Shown here piece by piece: positions 8,498 to 17,123 of a DNA stretch of 37,654 nt. This DNA is from Opitutales bacterium. Its GTDB lineage: Bacteria; Verrucomicrobiota; Verrucomicrobiia; Opitutales; JABSRG01. Each line of letters opens with the position of its first letter. The first letter of the stretch is position 1. The notes under the pieces were generated by a model, which was given only the letters and a program-made list of their open reading frames with translations, did no database searches and was not told the DNA's origin. The stretch is from contig JBMYOQ010000038.1 of assembly GCA_049599475.1 (NCBI GenBank), positions 1 to 37,654 on the forward strand, given 5' to 3'. The position numbers and the translations under genes are program-made.

Positions 8498-10225
8498 GTG
8501 TCTCTCTCTAAAACACCTCATAGAAGGCTCAAATGGCTCACGGTGCTCAGTGTCATCTGCACGCTGTGTACGCAGCTGAATGCCGACTACAAGGACGCCA
8601 TTGGCTACACCGAGCTAAAAACTTATTTAGAGCTGCGAGGCATCGAAGTGCCCAATGGCAACGGGATCAAGGTGACTCAGGTAGAGGCATCCACAAGCCA
8701 AGGAGACACCCCAGCCTACCTGCCCGACACCACAAGTAACGAATTCTCAGGCAAAACCATCGTCGATTTGAGCCCTGGGGGCGATATTTCGGGCCACGCG
8801 ACGAACGTCGGTAAACTTTTCTTCGGCAACGAGACCTCCGTTGCCCCTGGGATCACCGATATCGATACCTACGAAGCCAACGACTTCCTCAATGTCCAGG
8901 GCTGGGCCACCACGCTCGAGCCCCCTATCGAGACCAGCAGTGTCCAAAATCACAGCTGGGTCGCGCAGGAGATCGACGACGCCGTCGAGTCGCCCATTCA
9001 AAATCTGATTATGGATTATGCGATCCAGAGGGATGACTTTCTCCTCGTAGCTGGCTTGAATAACGGGTCCGGCAAAGAAATACCCGATCTTTACGCCCAT
9101 CTGTGCAACGGTATTTCGGTCGGACGCGCAGACGGCAATCACAGCAGCGGAAACACGCAAGACATCTATCTGCCCGGACGCACAAAGCCAGAGATCGTCT
9201 CCGATGCCTCTGCTACCAGCAATGCGACTCCCCAAGTATCGGCCGCAGCCAGTCTTATTTACGACATGGCCAACGACACGATCGGCCATCGCTCAGTTAA
9301 GGCAATCCTCCTCGCTGGCGCAAATAAAGAAGCCTTCGCGGATTGGGACCAAACCATATCAAGACCGCTTGACGAGACATATGGTGCAGGCCTTCTCGAC
9401 ATTTTCGCCTCTTATCAAATTTTAGCCGGCGGGAAACAAGCACCTGGAGCGATCACCGATAGCTACGGTTGGAACCTAGACACCTTGGCCAGCAATAGTT
9501 ACCACACCTACACATTCACGGTCCCCCAGGGTTTTGAGCTGCGCAACCTATCGATACTCCTTACCTGGGATATCGTGGTGACAACTTTTCCCGAACAGGG
9601 GGCCATTTCAGGCGACCTCGCAGACATGGCCCTCTACCTAAACGAGGGCGAAAATAGCCTCCAGATCAGCGATAGCATGGTCGACAACGTCGAGCACATC
9701 TGGCGCGGCTCAGGCGTAAGTCTCCCCGCCGGCCAATATTCGATCACAGTCAGCACAAACGAAGCAGCGACCTACGCTCTCGCCTGGCGAGGCGACCTCT
9801 ACCAGGGCTACGAGCTTTGGCAGTCCATTGCATTTTCCCCGGAAACACCGACCGAGGATCAGGATAGGACAGACGACCCAGATAAGGATGGCATCGTTAA
9901 TCTACTCGAAATGGCCCTGCTCACGGATCCGGAAAACCATCAACTCGGAGTCTTACCCTATCAGATCACGTCCATATCTGACGGAGACACCTACCAAGAG
10001 CTGGGAGTCAACATCCCCACACATTTAAACGACCTTAGCTATACCGCAGAGACAGCCACCGATCTACTGGGCATCTGGAGTAGCGACCCCGCCGATGTAT
10101 CCCTGGTCGAGATCCTCCCAAGCGCAAATGGCTTCGAACAATACATCTTCCGCCGCACCCTCCCGAGTGAGAGTGCAGAACAAGCATTCTTGCGCCTGAA
10201 AGTCGAAGAGACAGTCGAGCCGTAA
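8498..10225 (+). CDS. Secreted S8 (subtilisin-like) peptidase with C-terminal Verrucomicrobia-type surface domain
   Basis: Signal peptide. Catalytic-site-like segments VTQVEA, SGHATNVG, VAGLNNG, KPEIV, ATSNATPQVS, KAILLAGA, YGAGLLD. Tail carries DDPDKDGIVNLLE and ends FLRLKVEE. Confidence 0.8.
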   Translation: MSLSKTPHRRLKWLTVLSVICTLCTQLNADYKDAIGYTELKTYLELRGIEVPNGNGIKVTQVEASTSQGDTPAYLPDTTSNEFSGKTIVDLSPGGDISGHATNVGKLFFGNETSVAPGITDIDTYEANDFLNVQGWATTLEPPIETSSVQNHSWVAQEIDDAVESPIQNLIMDYAIQRDDFLLVAGLNNGSGKEIPDLYAHLCNGISVGRADGNHSSGNTQDIYLPGRTKPEIVSDASATSNATPQVSAAASLIYDMANDTIGHRSVKAILLAGANKEAFADWDQTISRPLDETYGAGLLDIFASYQILAGGKQAPGAITDSYGWNLDTLASNSYHTYTFTVPQGFELRNLSILLTWDIVVTTFPEQGAISGDLADMALYLNEGENSLQISDSMVDNVEHIWRGSGVSLPAGQYSITVSTNEAATYALAWRGDLYQGYELWQSIAFSPETPTEDQDRTDDPDKDGIVNLLEMALLTDPENHQLGVLPYQITSISDGDTYQELGVNIPTHLNDLSYTAETATDLLGIWSSDPADVSLVEILPSANGFEQYIFRRTLPSESAEQAFLRLKVEETVEP

Positions 10226-10228
10226 TAG

Positions 10229-10266
10229 GCGCGCTCAATTGAGAAACGCGCACTCAATTAAGAAAC
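10229..10266. repeat. 19-bp tandem direct repeat between convergent genes
   Basis: GCGCGCTCAATTGAGAAAC immediately followed by GCGCACTCAATTAAGAAAC (2 mismatches). Confidence 0.75.
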
Positions 10267-10267
10267 C

Positions 10268-10774
10268 TTAGAGCGAAGCCAGAGCCTCTTTTACATCTGC
10301 CGCCTGTTGCGCAGTCGATGCTTTGAAGTCCAACCAAGCTACCTTACCACCTTTGATCAGGAAGGCCTGACGAGACACAAATTTCCCGCGTGTGGGCACT
10401 CCGAATGCCTCCACCAGCGCGCCTTCAGTGTCGGCGATAAGAGAAAACGGCAGATTGTATTTCTCTTTAAAAGCAGCCTGGTCCGCGACACTATCCATGC
10501 TCACGCCAAAGATCGTAACACCTGCATCCTGCAGCCCCTCATAGGCGTCGCGCAGGCTACACGCTTGTTTAGTACACCCAGGAGTATCCGCTTTCGGGTA
10601 GAAATAAACTAAGGTCACTCCTGACTCATAGACCTTTGCCAAATCGACAGAACTGCCATCATCTGTGGTCACTTTCAAAGCCGGTGCGGCCTCTCCTACA
10701 GACAGGGGCTCGCGGGCCATAAGAGAGGTAGAAAACAGGGCGGTGAGAGCGGCAAATAAAGTTTTAAGTTTCAT
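10268..10774 (-). CDS. bcp: Peroxiredoxin, BCP/PrxQ family (signal peptide predicted)
   Basis: YFYPKADTPGCTKQAC, GVSMDS, LPFSLIAD. Start at ATG 10774 (MKLKTLFAAL). Confidence 0.9.
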   Translation of the reverse strand: MKLKTLFAALTALFSTSLMAREPLSVGEAAPALKVTTDDGSSVDLAKVYESGVTLVYFYPKADTPGCTKQACSLRDAYEGLQDAGVTIFGVSMDSVADQAAFKEKYNLPFSLIADTEGALVEAFGVPTRGKFVSRQAFLIKGGKVAWLDFKASTAQQAADVKEALASL

Positions 10775-10896
10775 GGCACTCAAACAGCACGCACCGCGCG
10801 AGAACGCAAATGCAGACGTGAAAGTCCTGAAAATCAACCCAGGATAGCATTTCCAGGCGTTGACCCATCTTAACGCGGACGTCTCAATAAAGAAAC

Positions 10897-11595
10897 GTGC
10901 AGCCCTCCGAGTCAGAATTTTCAAATGCAGACCCTATCAAAACGCTCCTTTTCGGAGAGTCGATAGGACCTGTACGAAAACTTGCAGGATATAAGAAGCA
11001 CCACTTCGTGCCAGATAATCACTCCGACGCCACTCAGGCATTTGTGCGGTCTGTAGGATCCGAAAAAATCAAGGACCTTGCCGACACACTCTTCCTGACA
11101 ATCCGCCATCACTTCGAGCTGAAACGCAAACAGATCAACTATACCTGCGAAGATGGGTATGGATATCTCGCGACCCCGGACTTCACAGCAGAACTCTTTA
11201 TCGACCAGGACCCCGATAACCCAGCTCAGTACCTCGAAACAATACAGATAAGCCAACTGCACAACGAAGCCATTGCTCAAGATCCTCGGCTGCACGCCTG
11301 CTTTGATCCACATTGTGACACCTTGAAAATCGAGTTCCTGGGACCAATCAACGTCGAAGAAAAAATAGACGCTATCGAGGACATTCCCCAGCTCGAACAA
11401 TACTTAAGCTATGCCCCAGATGGCAGCTTCCTAGATCTCAAAATGAGGGAAATTTCCTTACACCTGCATATCGATTCCCATTCAGCATCGTTTAAGCTAA
11501 TCGGCACACGCGACTTAGCAACACTTCTGACCCGCTCTCAAGAGACCTTAAACCTCCTCGCACCAGCTGGCTTTCCTAAGCGCATTCATACGTAG
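10897..11595 (+). CDS. Hypothetical protein
   Basis: 232-aa ORF with normal composition filling the gap between bcp and the hydrolase. No recognised catalytic motif. Confidence 0.7.
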   Translation: MQPSESEFSNADPIKTLLFGESIGPVRKLAGYKKHHFVPDNHSDATQAFVRSVGSEKIKDLADTLFLTIRHHFELKRKQINYTCEDGYGYLATPDFTAELFIDQDPDNPAQYLETIQISQLHNEAIAQDPRLHACFDPHCDTLKIEFLGPINVEEKIDAIEDIPQLEQYLSYAPDGSFLDLKMREISLHLHIDSHSASFKLIGTRDLATLLTRSQETLNLLAPAGFPKRIHT

Positions 11596-11867
11596 CAGAC
11601 ACGCAACCAGCCAGTATTGATTCTCAATAATCATTAGTTACTAAAAAAATTTTCGATGCACCCATCTGTAAAATTTTTGCATTAATTCCCTTCAGATTTT
11701 TTTCAAGAGCCATGCAAGCTCCTCATCTTCAAGGAGTTCTAAGGTGTAGCGATTGAATTAACGTTATCAAAAACAGGTGCGCTCTTTTTGAGCCTCAAGC
11801 CCTAGGCAGCCACCTCCGATATTTGGGTTCACATCTTCAAAAAAAGTCATACAACCCGCTCTCCACT

Positions 11868-12362
11868 ATGAAAGATCTTCGCTTTCTCAGCCTTACATTG
11901 CTCATCACGATACTCTCGATTCCATCGAGTATCCATGCGCAGCTGTCGAATTACGAAAGGCAAATCGTAGCGTCGACCCTCGTCCTTGAAGCCGCGGGCG
12001 AAGGCACTGAGGGCATGCAGGCAGTTCTGAATGTAATCTACAATCGAGCCAAGCATCGCACCCATCGAATTGTTGGCGTGGTCGCCAAATATGGCGCATT
12101 TTCGAGCTTAAACTCAGTGACCAAGAGCAGAACTCCAGACTACTCTCCTATTCTTCGAAAAGCCCAACGGGATCGTGCTTACCCAACGGCATACCGGCTC
12201 GTGAAAAGACTCGAGCGCGAAGGTCTTTACGACATCACAGAGGGCAGCGACTACTTCTACTCGGTGCACGGCGAACGACCCGATTGGGCCGCCGACATGC
12301 AATTCGTAAAGAAAATCGGCGATCACCGCTTCTACCGATCAAAGCGGTCCTACTATCGCTAG
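11868..12362 (+). CDS. SleB/CwlJ-like cell wall hydrolase (Hydrolase_2)
   Basis: Signal peptide, TLVLEAAGEGTEGMQAVLNVIYNR, AFSSLN, DITEGSDYF, IGDHRFY. Start at ATG 11868. Confidence 0.88.
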   Translation: MKDLRFLSLTLLITILSIPSSIHAQLSNYERQIVASTLVLEAAGEGTEGMQAVLNVIYNRAKHRTHRIVGVVAKYGAFSSLNSVTKSRTPDYSPILRKAQRDRAYPTAYRLVKRLEREGLYDITEGSDYFYSVHGERPDWAADMQFVKKIGDHRFYRSKRSYYR

Positions 12363-12451
12363 ACTACGCTCAGCAAGCCTAGCGAAAGCATCTCCATTTT
12401 AGAACATCGGGGGCGCCCGTCCCAGGAACGAGCGCCGCACGATCAGATATT

Positions 12452-13303
12452 CTATCGATCCTCGAACGCTACTACACTTTGCTTGGATACCCCGAGGCCA
12501 TCGATTCCCAGCTCCATAACGTCTCCAGGTTTCAGATACACGGGCGGTTTGAATCCAAGGCCAACACCTTCTGGAGTTCCCGTTGAAATAATATCGCCTG
12601 GAAGCAAAGTCATAAATTCCGACAGGTAACTCACGACAGTCGGCACATCGAAAATAAAATCATCGGTATTGCCGTCCTGAACTTTCTTCCCGTTCAATAA
12701 CAACCACAAGTTTAACCTATGTGGATCGGCGACATCATCTTTGCTTACAAAATAAGGACCGAGAGGTGCGAAAGTGTCACAACTTTTCCCCTTCACCCAT
12801 TGACCACCGCGTTCAAGCTGATATGCGCGCTCACTCACATCATTATGTAGTGAATATCCTGCTACATAATCCATCGCTTCATCTTTAGTGATGTAACTCG
12901 CCTGTTTACCAATCACCACAGCGAGCTCGACTTCCCAGTCTGTCTTCTCACTTCCACGCGGGATCACGACATCATCGAAGGGCCCGACGATGGAAGTCGT
13001 TGATTTGAAGAAAATCACAGGCTCCTGGGGGACAGCCATTCCACTCTCTTCAGCGTGCTTTCGGTAGTTTAGCCCGATGCAAATTAGTTTGCTTGGACGC
13101 GCCAGTGGCGGACCTAAGCGCACCTCAGCAGAGACCGTTTTCGCCTGAGTAGCATCGAAGCTAGATTGAAGCTTCGCAAAACCATCTTCTGCAAAAAAGG
13201 CTTCATTATAGTCATCCACCAAGTCACTGACATCGTAGCGAACTCCGTCAATTTCCACTCCTGGTTTTTCAAGACCAGCTTCGCCAAATCGTATTAATTT
13301 CAT
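12452..13303 (-). CDS. Fumarylacetoacetate hydrolase family protein (likely 2,4-diketo-3-deoxy sugar acid hydrolase)
   Basis: KLICIGLNY..H, DWEVELAVVIG, NDVSER, WVKGKS.DTF.PLGP, TGTPEGVG. Confidence 0.92.
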   Translation of the reverse strand: MKLIRFGEAGLEKPGVEIDGVRYDVSDLVDDYNEAFFAEDGFAKLQSSFDATQAKTVSAEVRLGPPLARPSKLICIGLNYRKHAEESGMAVPQEPVIFFKSTTSIVGPFDDVVIPRGSEKTDWEVELAVVIGKQASYITKDEAMDYVAGYSLHNDVSERAYQLERGGQWVKGKSCDTFAPLGPYFVSKDDVADPHRLNLWLLLNGKKVQDGNTDDFIFDVPTVVSYLSEFMTLLPGDIISTGTPEGVGLGFKPPVYLKPGDVMELGIDGLGVSKQSVVAFEDR

Positions 13304-13312
13304 ATATCTATA

Positions 13313-14086
13313 TTAACCGTTTAATGTAATAAATCCGCCATCAATGGGAAATGAAGAACCCGTTATAAATGAAGCCTCATCCGAACACAGGTAGAGCACA
13401 AGTGATCCAATTTCTTCAGGTTTTCCCATTCTTCCAATTGGTTGTGTCTTAGAAAGCTTTTCAAAAACCTCTGCCTCTTCGCCCGGATAATTCTTCGATA
13501 TAAAGCCATCCACGAATGGCGTGTGCACCCGAGCCGGAGCGATTGTATTGCATCGAATATTTTGTGACAAATAGTCCTTAGCGACACTGAGTGACATCGC
13601 GTGAACCGCGCCCTTGCTCATCGAGTAGGCAAAGCGATCGGATATGCCGACATGTGCAGCGATGGAGGACACATTGATAATGGCGCCTCCTTTGGCAGTC
13701 ATCATAGGAATACCCGCCTTCAAACAATTATAGACACCCTTCACATTTACCTGGAAGACCTTATCGAAGTCCTCTGGACCCGTATTGTCTAGATTTCCAA
13801 CATGTGCGATGCCTGCGTTGTTAATCAATACATCAAGGCTTTCTGAGGAGAGTTGTGTGAATGCCTCTTGGACACTCTCCAAATCAGAAACATCACAAAG
13901 GGCAGACGTAGCCCGTCCACCGGAAGCCTCAATTTCTTCGACGACACGTTTTGCTCCAGCCTCATCGCGCTCCAGAATAAGAGTCTGCGCGCCCTGGGAA
14001 GCCAAGGCCTTAGCGATCGCTTCACCAATTCCACTGCCGCCGCCCGTAACGACCGCCGTTTTTCCAGTTAAATCAAATGTATTCAT
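13313..14086 (-). CDS. SDR oxidoreductase (2-keto-3-deoxy-L-fuconate dehydrogenase-like)
   Basis: TGGGSGIG, NNAG, YSMSK, PARVHTPFV, QPIGRMG. The ATG overlaps the uxaA-like stop (TAATG at 14088-14084). Confidence 0.9.
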   Translation of the reverse strand: MNTFDLTGKTAVVTGGGSGIGEAIAKALASQGAQTLILERDEAGAKRVVEEIEASGGRATSALCDVSDLESVQEAFTQLSSESLDVLINNAGIAHVGNLDNTGPEDFDKVFQVNVKGVYNCLKAGIPMMTAKGGAIINVSSIAAHVGISDRFAYSMSKGAVHAMSLSVAKDYLSQNIRCNTIAPARVHTPFVDGFISKNYPGEEAEVFEKLSKTQPIGRMGKPEEIGSLVLYLCSDEASFITGSSFPIDGGFITLNG

Positions 14087-15684
14087 TAAAGAGAGACTCC
14101 TCGTTTCCACGGTATAAAATCATTTTGCTGAAGCCGCATAGCCTTCGTTTCCTTACCGCTAGCCACTTCCAGTATCTTCTTCAAGATCTCCTCTCCCATA
14201 TCGTCGATGGAGTGCTCGCCAGAGATCACCGTTCCCGCATTAAGATCGATGATGTCGCTCATTTTTTGAGAAAGCGCAGTATTGCTCGAAATTTTAATGA
14301 CCGGGGTTACCGGGTTGCCCGTCGGCGTGCCCAATCCTGTGGTGAATAGGATAATATTGGCTCCACTCCCTGCGAGACCCGTGGTCGACTCAACATCATT
14401 GCCCGGAGTGCAGAGAAGGTTCAACCCTGGCTTGGTAACTGGCTCGGTGTAGTCGAGGATATCGCTCACGGGCGCCATACCTCCCTTTTGTGCCGCTCCG
14501 GCAGACTTGATCGCGTCCGTTATAAGACCATCCTTAATATTCCCGGGAGAGGGGTTCATATCGAATCCAGAGCCCACCGAATGCGCCTTGGCTTCGTAGG
14601 CCTTCTGTATACGCAAAAACTTCTCCGCAGTAGGCGTATCTACACAGCGGTCTACAACATTCTGCTCCACGCCATTCAATTCCGGAAATTCGCTTAAAAT
14701 CGTAGAGGCCCCCAGGGAAACCAATAAGTCCGACGCTCTCCCTACCGCAGGGTTTGCAGAGATACCGGAAAATCCATCCGACCCTCCGCACTCGAGCCCA
14801 ACAACCAACTTATCCAGCCCCGCAGGTGCTCGCTCAATTTTATTTACCTCGGGAAGTATCTCCAAGGTCTGGTCAATCGCGGCTTTAATCGTGCGCTCTT
14901 CTGTGAGCAGTTTTTGCTGCTCAATATAAACGATTGGTTTATCGCCTTCTGGGTAAAGCTCCTTTTGAATATCTTGAAACCACTTCACCTGCGCATGTTG
15001 ACAGCCAAGGCTGAGCACGGTAGCCCCAGCCACGTTTGGATGATTTACATACCCAGCCAGTAACCGAAGGAGCGTCTCTGCATCCGCGCGCGTGCCGCCA
15101 CAACCTCCGTCGTGATACAAGAAGCGAAAACCGTCTATATTTTCGAATACACGTTTCGGTTGAATAAATTGATCGGGAATCGTTTGTTTCAATTTCTCAG
15201 CAACATATTGCTCATACTGATTTTCCCGTTCATAGCCTAAGTTTTTATTGAGCGCTCTCTCGATGAATTTGAGATTTCGGTTCTCACAAAAGACCAAAGG
15301 AATAAAGAGCCAGTAATTCGCTGTCCCTACCTTTCCATCCGGTCTATGGTAGCCCATAAAAGTTTGCTCTTTCCAAGCAGTCACGTCGGGCGCATCCCAG
15401 GAATAGTGGGACTCACCCAGTGCGACTTCGTCCGCAAAATGAGTAATGTTTTCAGTAGTAATCAAAGACCCTGCGGGTAAATCTTCGTTTGCGACACCCA
15501 CCGGCACGCCATACATATACACCTTCTCTCCGGTGCTTAAAGCGTCTGTCAGAAACTTGTGCTTCTGAGGCACGGCCTCCGGGAGGCTGTATTCGGAGTC
15601 CTCATACTGAACGGGGCCTGCTGGCAAGTCTGCCAAAGCCACCAGAGCATTATCTTTAGGATTAATTTGAAGGATATCACGCAT
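14086..15684 (-). CDS. UxaA/GarD-family sugar-acid dehydratase (altronate dehydratase-like)
   Basis: N-terminal SAF-like domain, GYHRPDGKVGTANY, HDGGCG, LGCQ, LECGGSDGFSGISANP, NPSPGN, TPGNDVES, FTTGLGTP. Confidence 0.92.
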   Translation of the reverse strand: MRDILQINPKDNALVALADLPAGPVQYEDSEYSLPEAVPQKHKFLTDALSTGEKVYMYGVPVGVANEDLPAGSLITTENITHFADEVALGESHYSWDAPDVTAWKEQTFMGYHRPDGKVGTANYWLFIPLVFCENRNLKFIERALNKNLGYERENQYEQYVAEKLKQTIPDQFIQPKRVFENIDGFRFLYHDGGCGGTRADAETLLRLLAGYVNHPNVAGATVLSLGCQHAQVKWFQDIQKELYPEGDKPIVYIEQQKLLTEERTIKAAIDQTLEILPEVNKIERAPAGLDKLVVGLECGGSDGFSGISANPAVGRASDLLVSLGASTILSEFPELNGVEQNVVDRCVDTPTAEKFLRIQKAYEAKAHSVGSGFDMNPSPGNIKDGLITDAIKSAGAAQKGGMAPVSDILDYTEPVTKPGLNLLCTPGNDVESTTGLAGSGANIILFTTGLGTPTGNPVTPVIKISSNTALSQKMSDIIDLNAGTVISGEHSIDDMGEEILKKILEVASGKETKAMRLQQNDFIPWKRGVSL

Positions 15685-15689
15685 AGCTT

Positions 15690-15732
15690 TAAAAACGCCC
15701 TAGCACCTCCCCCCGAAGAGAAAGGTGCTAGG
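15690..15732 (-). terminator. Intrinsic terminator after the DUF1552 gene
   Basis: CCTAGCACCT(15699-15708)/AGGTGCTAGG(15723-15732) 10-bp stem, followed on the minus strand by GCGTTTTT. Confidence 0.65.
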
Positions 15733-15755
15733 ACTCACACTCGTTTGACGAAAAG

Positions 15756-17102
15756 TTAGACCAAAACCGAGGATAATCTGCCGTTGCTATCCGAGAAGGA
15801 GTCAACGTTCACGTCCACGGCATTCAGCATACTTACGAAGAGATTAGAGAGAGGCTCATGCTTCTCATCGAAGACCGTGTAAGCCCCATGCTCAGCTCCC
15901 AAATTCTTACCTCCAGCCAACACAAGCGGGTAGTTGCGCGCATTGTGTGTATTACTACATGCACTACCATAGAGGGTCAGGGTATTATCGAGAAGCGAAC
16001 CATGCTCATCGTGAGTATTTTTCATTTTGTCCACAAAATAGGCGAACTGCTTGTTGAGCCATTGGTCATACTTACCCCACTGCTCCCAGCGGTTTTCACC
16101 CTTATCGTGAGAAATTGCGTGGTGGCCTTTCTTAATACCCGCGGCTTGCGGGAACAAGTCTCCAAAGCCCATACCGTCTTCGCGCGCCATCATAAAGGTG
16201 GATACACGTGTCAAATCGATCTGAAAGCCGAGGACCATCAAATCAAAGACTGAACGGATGTATGCTTCAGGGTGGCTGTCAGGATTCGAGCTTAGGTCTA
16301 GTTCACTAGAATCAAATTCCTTAAATGGGATATCCAGCCACTTTTCATTACGGCGGACCTGCTCTTCAACGCTATTGAGCGATGTAAGATACTCGTCCAT
16401 CTTTGCTGTATCATTTTTGCCGAGGCGACGAGACAGGCGCTTACTGTCTTCCAAAATCAGGTCGACGATCTTCTTACCGCGCTGGATGCTCTTACGACGG
16501 TCTTCGGTAGTACCCCCGCCTCCAGGCGAGAAGTAGCGCTCGAAAATTTGACGCTGGTTGTGCTCCGCCGGGATAGCTTTACCGGTGCGATCAAAAGACA
16601 AGGTGGTAGCACGAGATTTGTACCCAACACCTCCGTCTGTAGAAAGTGTCAGGGATGGATAGCGAGTCTTTTTGCGCATCGCTTCCGCCGCTACTTGGTC
16701 TACCGAAATGGAATTATTGTAGGCACCACGGAGATCTCCACCGGTGAGCCATGTATCACCGGCGATATGCCCTAAGACACGACGACTCTTCGGGTGACTC
16801 AGTCCGCCCAAGACTGCGATATCATCGCGATAGGGAGCCAAGGGAGCCAAGTTCTGTGTAAACTTGTAATCTTTGCCTTCGCCCACCGGGAACCAGCTCC
16901 AATTCTCATATTCGGGATGGTCCTTGGCGGGAAGGGAGACGCCATTTGGAAGGTAAACAAAGCAAAGGCGTTTTGCGGGTCCACCCGTTGCGATGTCAGC
17001 GACTTTGGAAGCGCCCATCGCCTCCATATAGGGGAGCATACAACTGACGCCGAGGCCTCGGAGAAAGGTGCGTCGATCAAGGTGCCATGGTTTGCGACTC
17101 AT
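15756..17102 (-). CDS. DUF1552 family protein, Tat-type N-terminus
   Basis: LDRRTFLRG.G, FVYLPNG, ISVDQVAA, KMDEYLTS..VE, DLTRVSTFM, HHAISH, SLLDNT, H.A.NYPLVLAGG. Sits in its usual position after a DUF1592 gene. Confidence 0.9.
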   Translation of the reverse strand: MSRKPWHLDRRTFLRGLGVSCMLPYMEAMGASKVADIATGGPAKRLCFVYLPNGVSLPAKDHPEYENWSWFPVGEGKDYKFTQNLAPLAPYRDDIAVLGGLSHPKSRRVLGHIAGDTWLTGGDLRGAYNNSISVDQVAAEAMRKKTRYPSLTLSTDGGVGYKSRATTLSFDRTGKAIPAEHNQRQIFERYFSPGGGGTTEDRRKSIQRGKKIVDLILEDSKRLSRRLGKNDTAKMDEYLTSLNSVEEQVRRNEKWLDIPFKEFDSSELDLSSNPDSHPEAYIRSVFDLMVLGFQIDLTRVSTFMMAREDGMGFGDLFPQAAGIKKGHHAISHDKGENRWEQWGKYDQWLNKQFAYFVDKMKNTHDEHGSLLDNTLTLYGSACSNTHNARNYPLVLAGGKNLGAEHGAYTVFDEKHEPLSNLFVSMLNAVDVNVDSFSDSNGRLSSVLV

Positions 17103-17123
17103 AGTGTGATTTTCCTCTCTGGA

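Noticed and set aside
10775..10924. N-terminal extension of bcp
   Set aside because: It overlaps the divergent gene. A good signal peptide starts at 10774.
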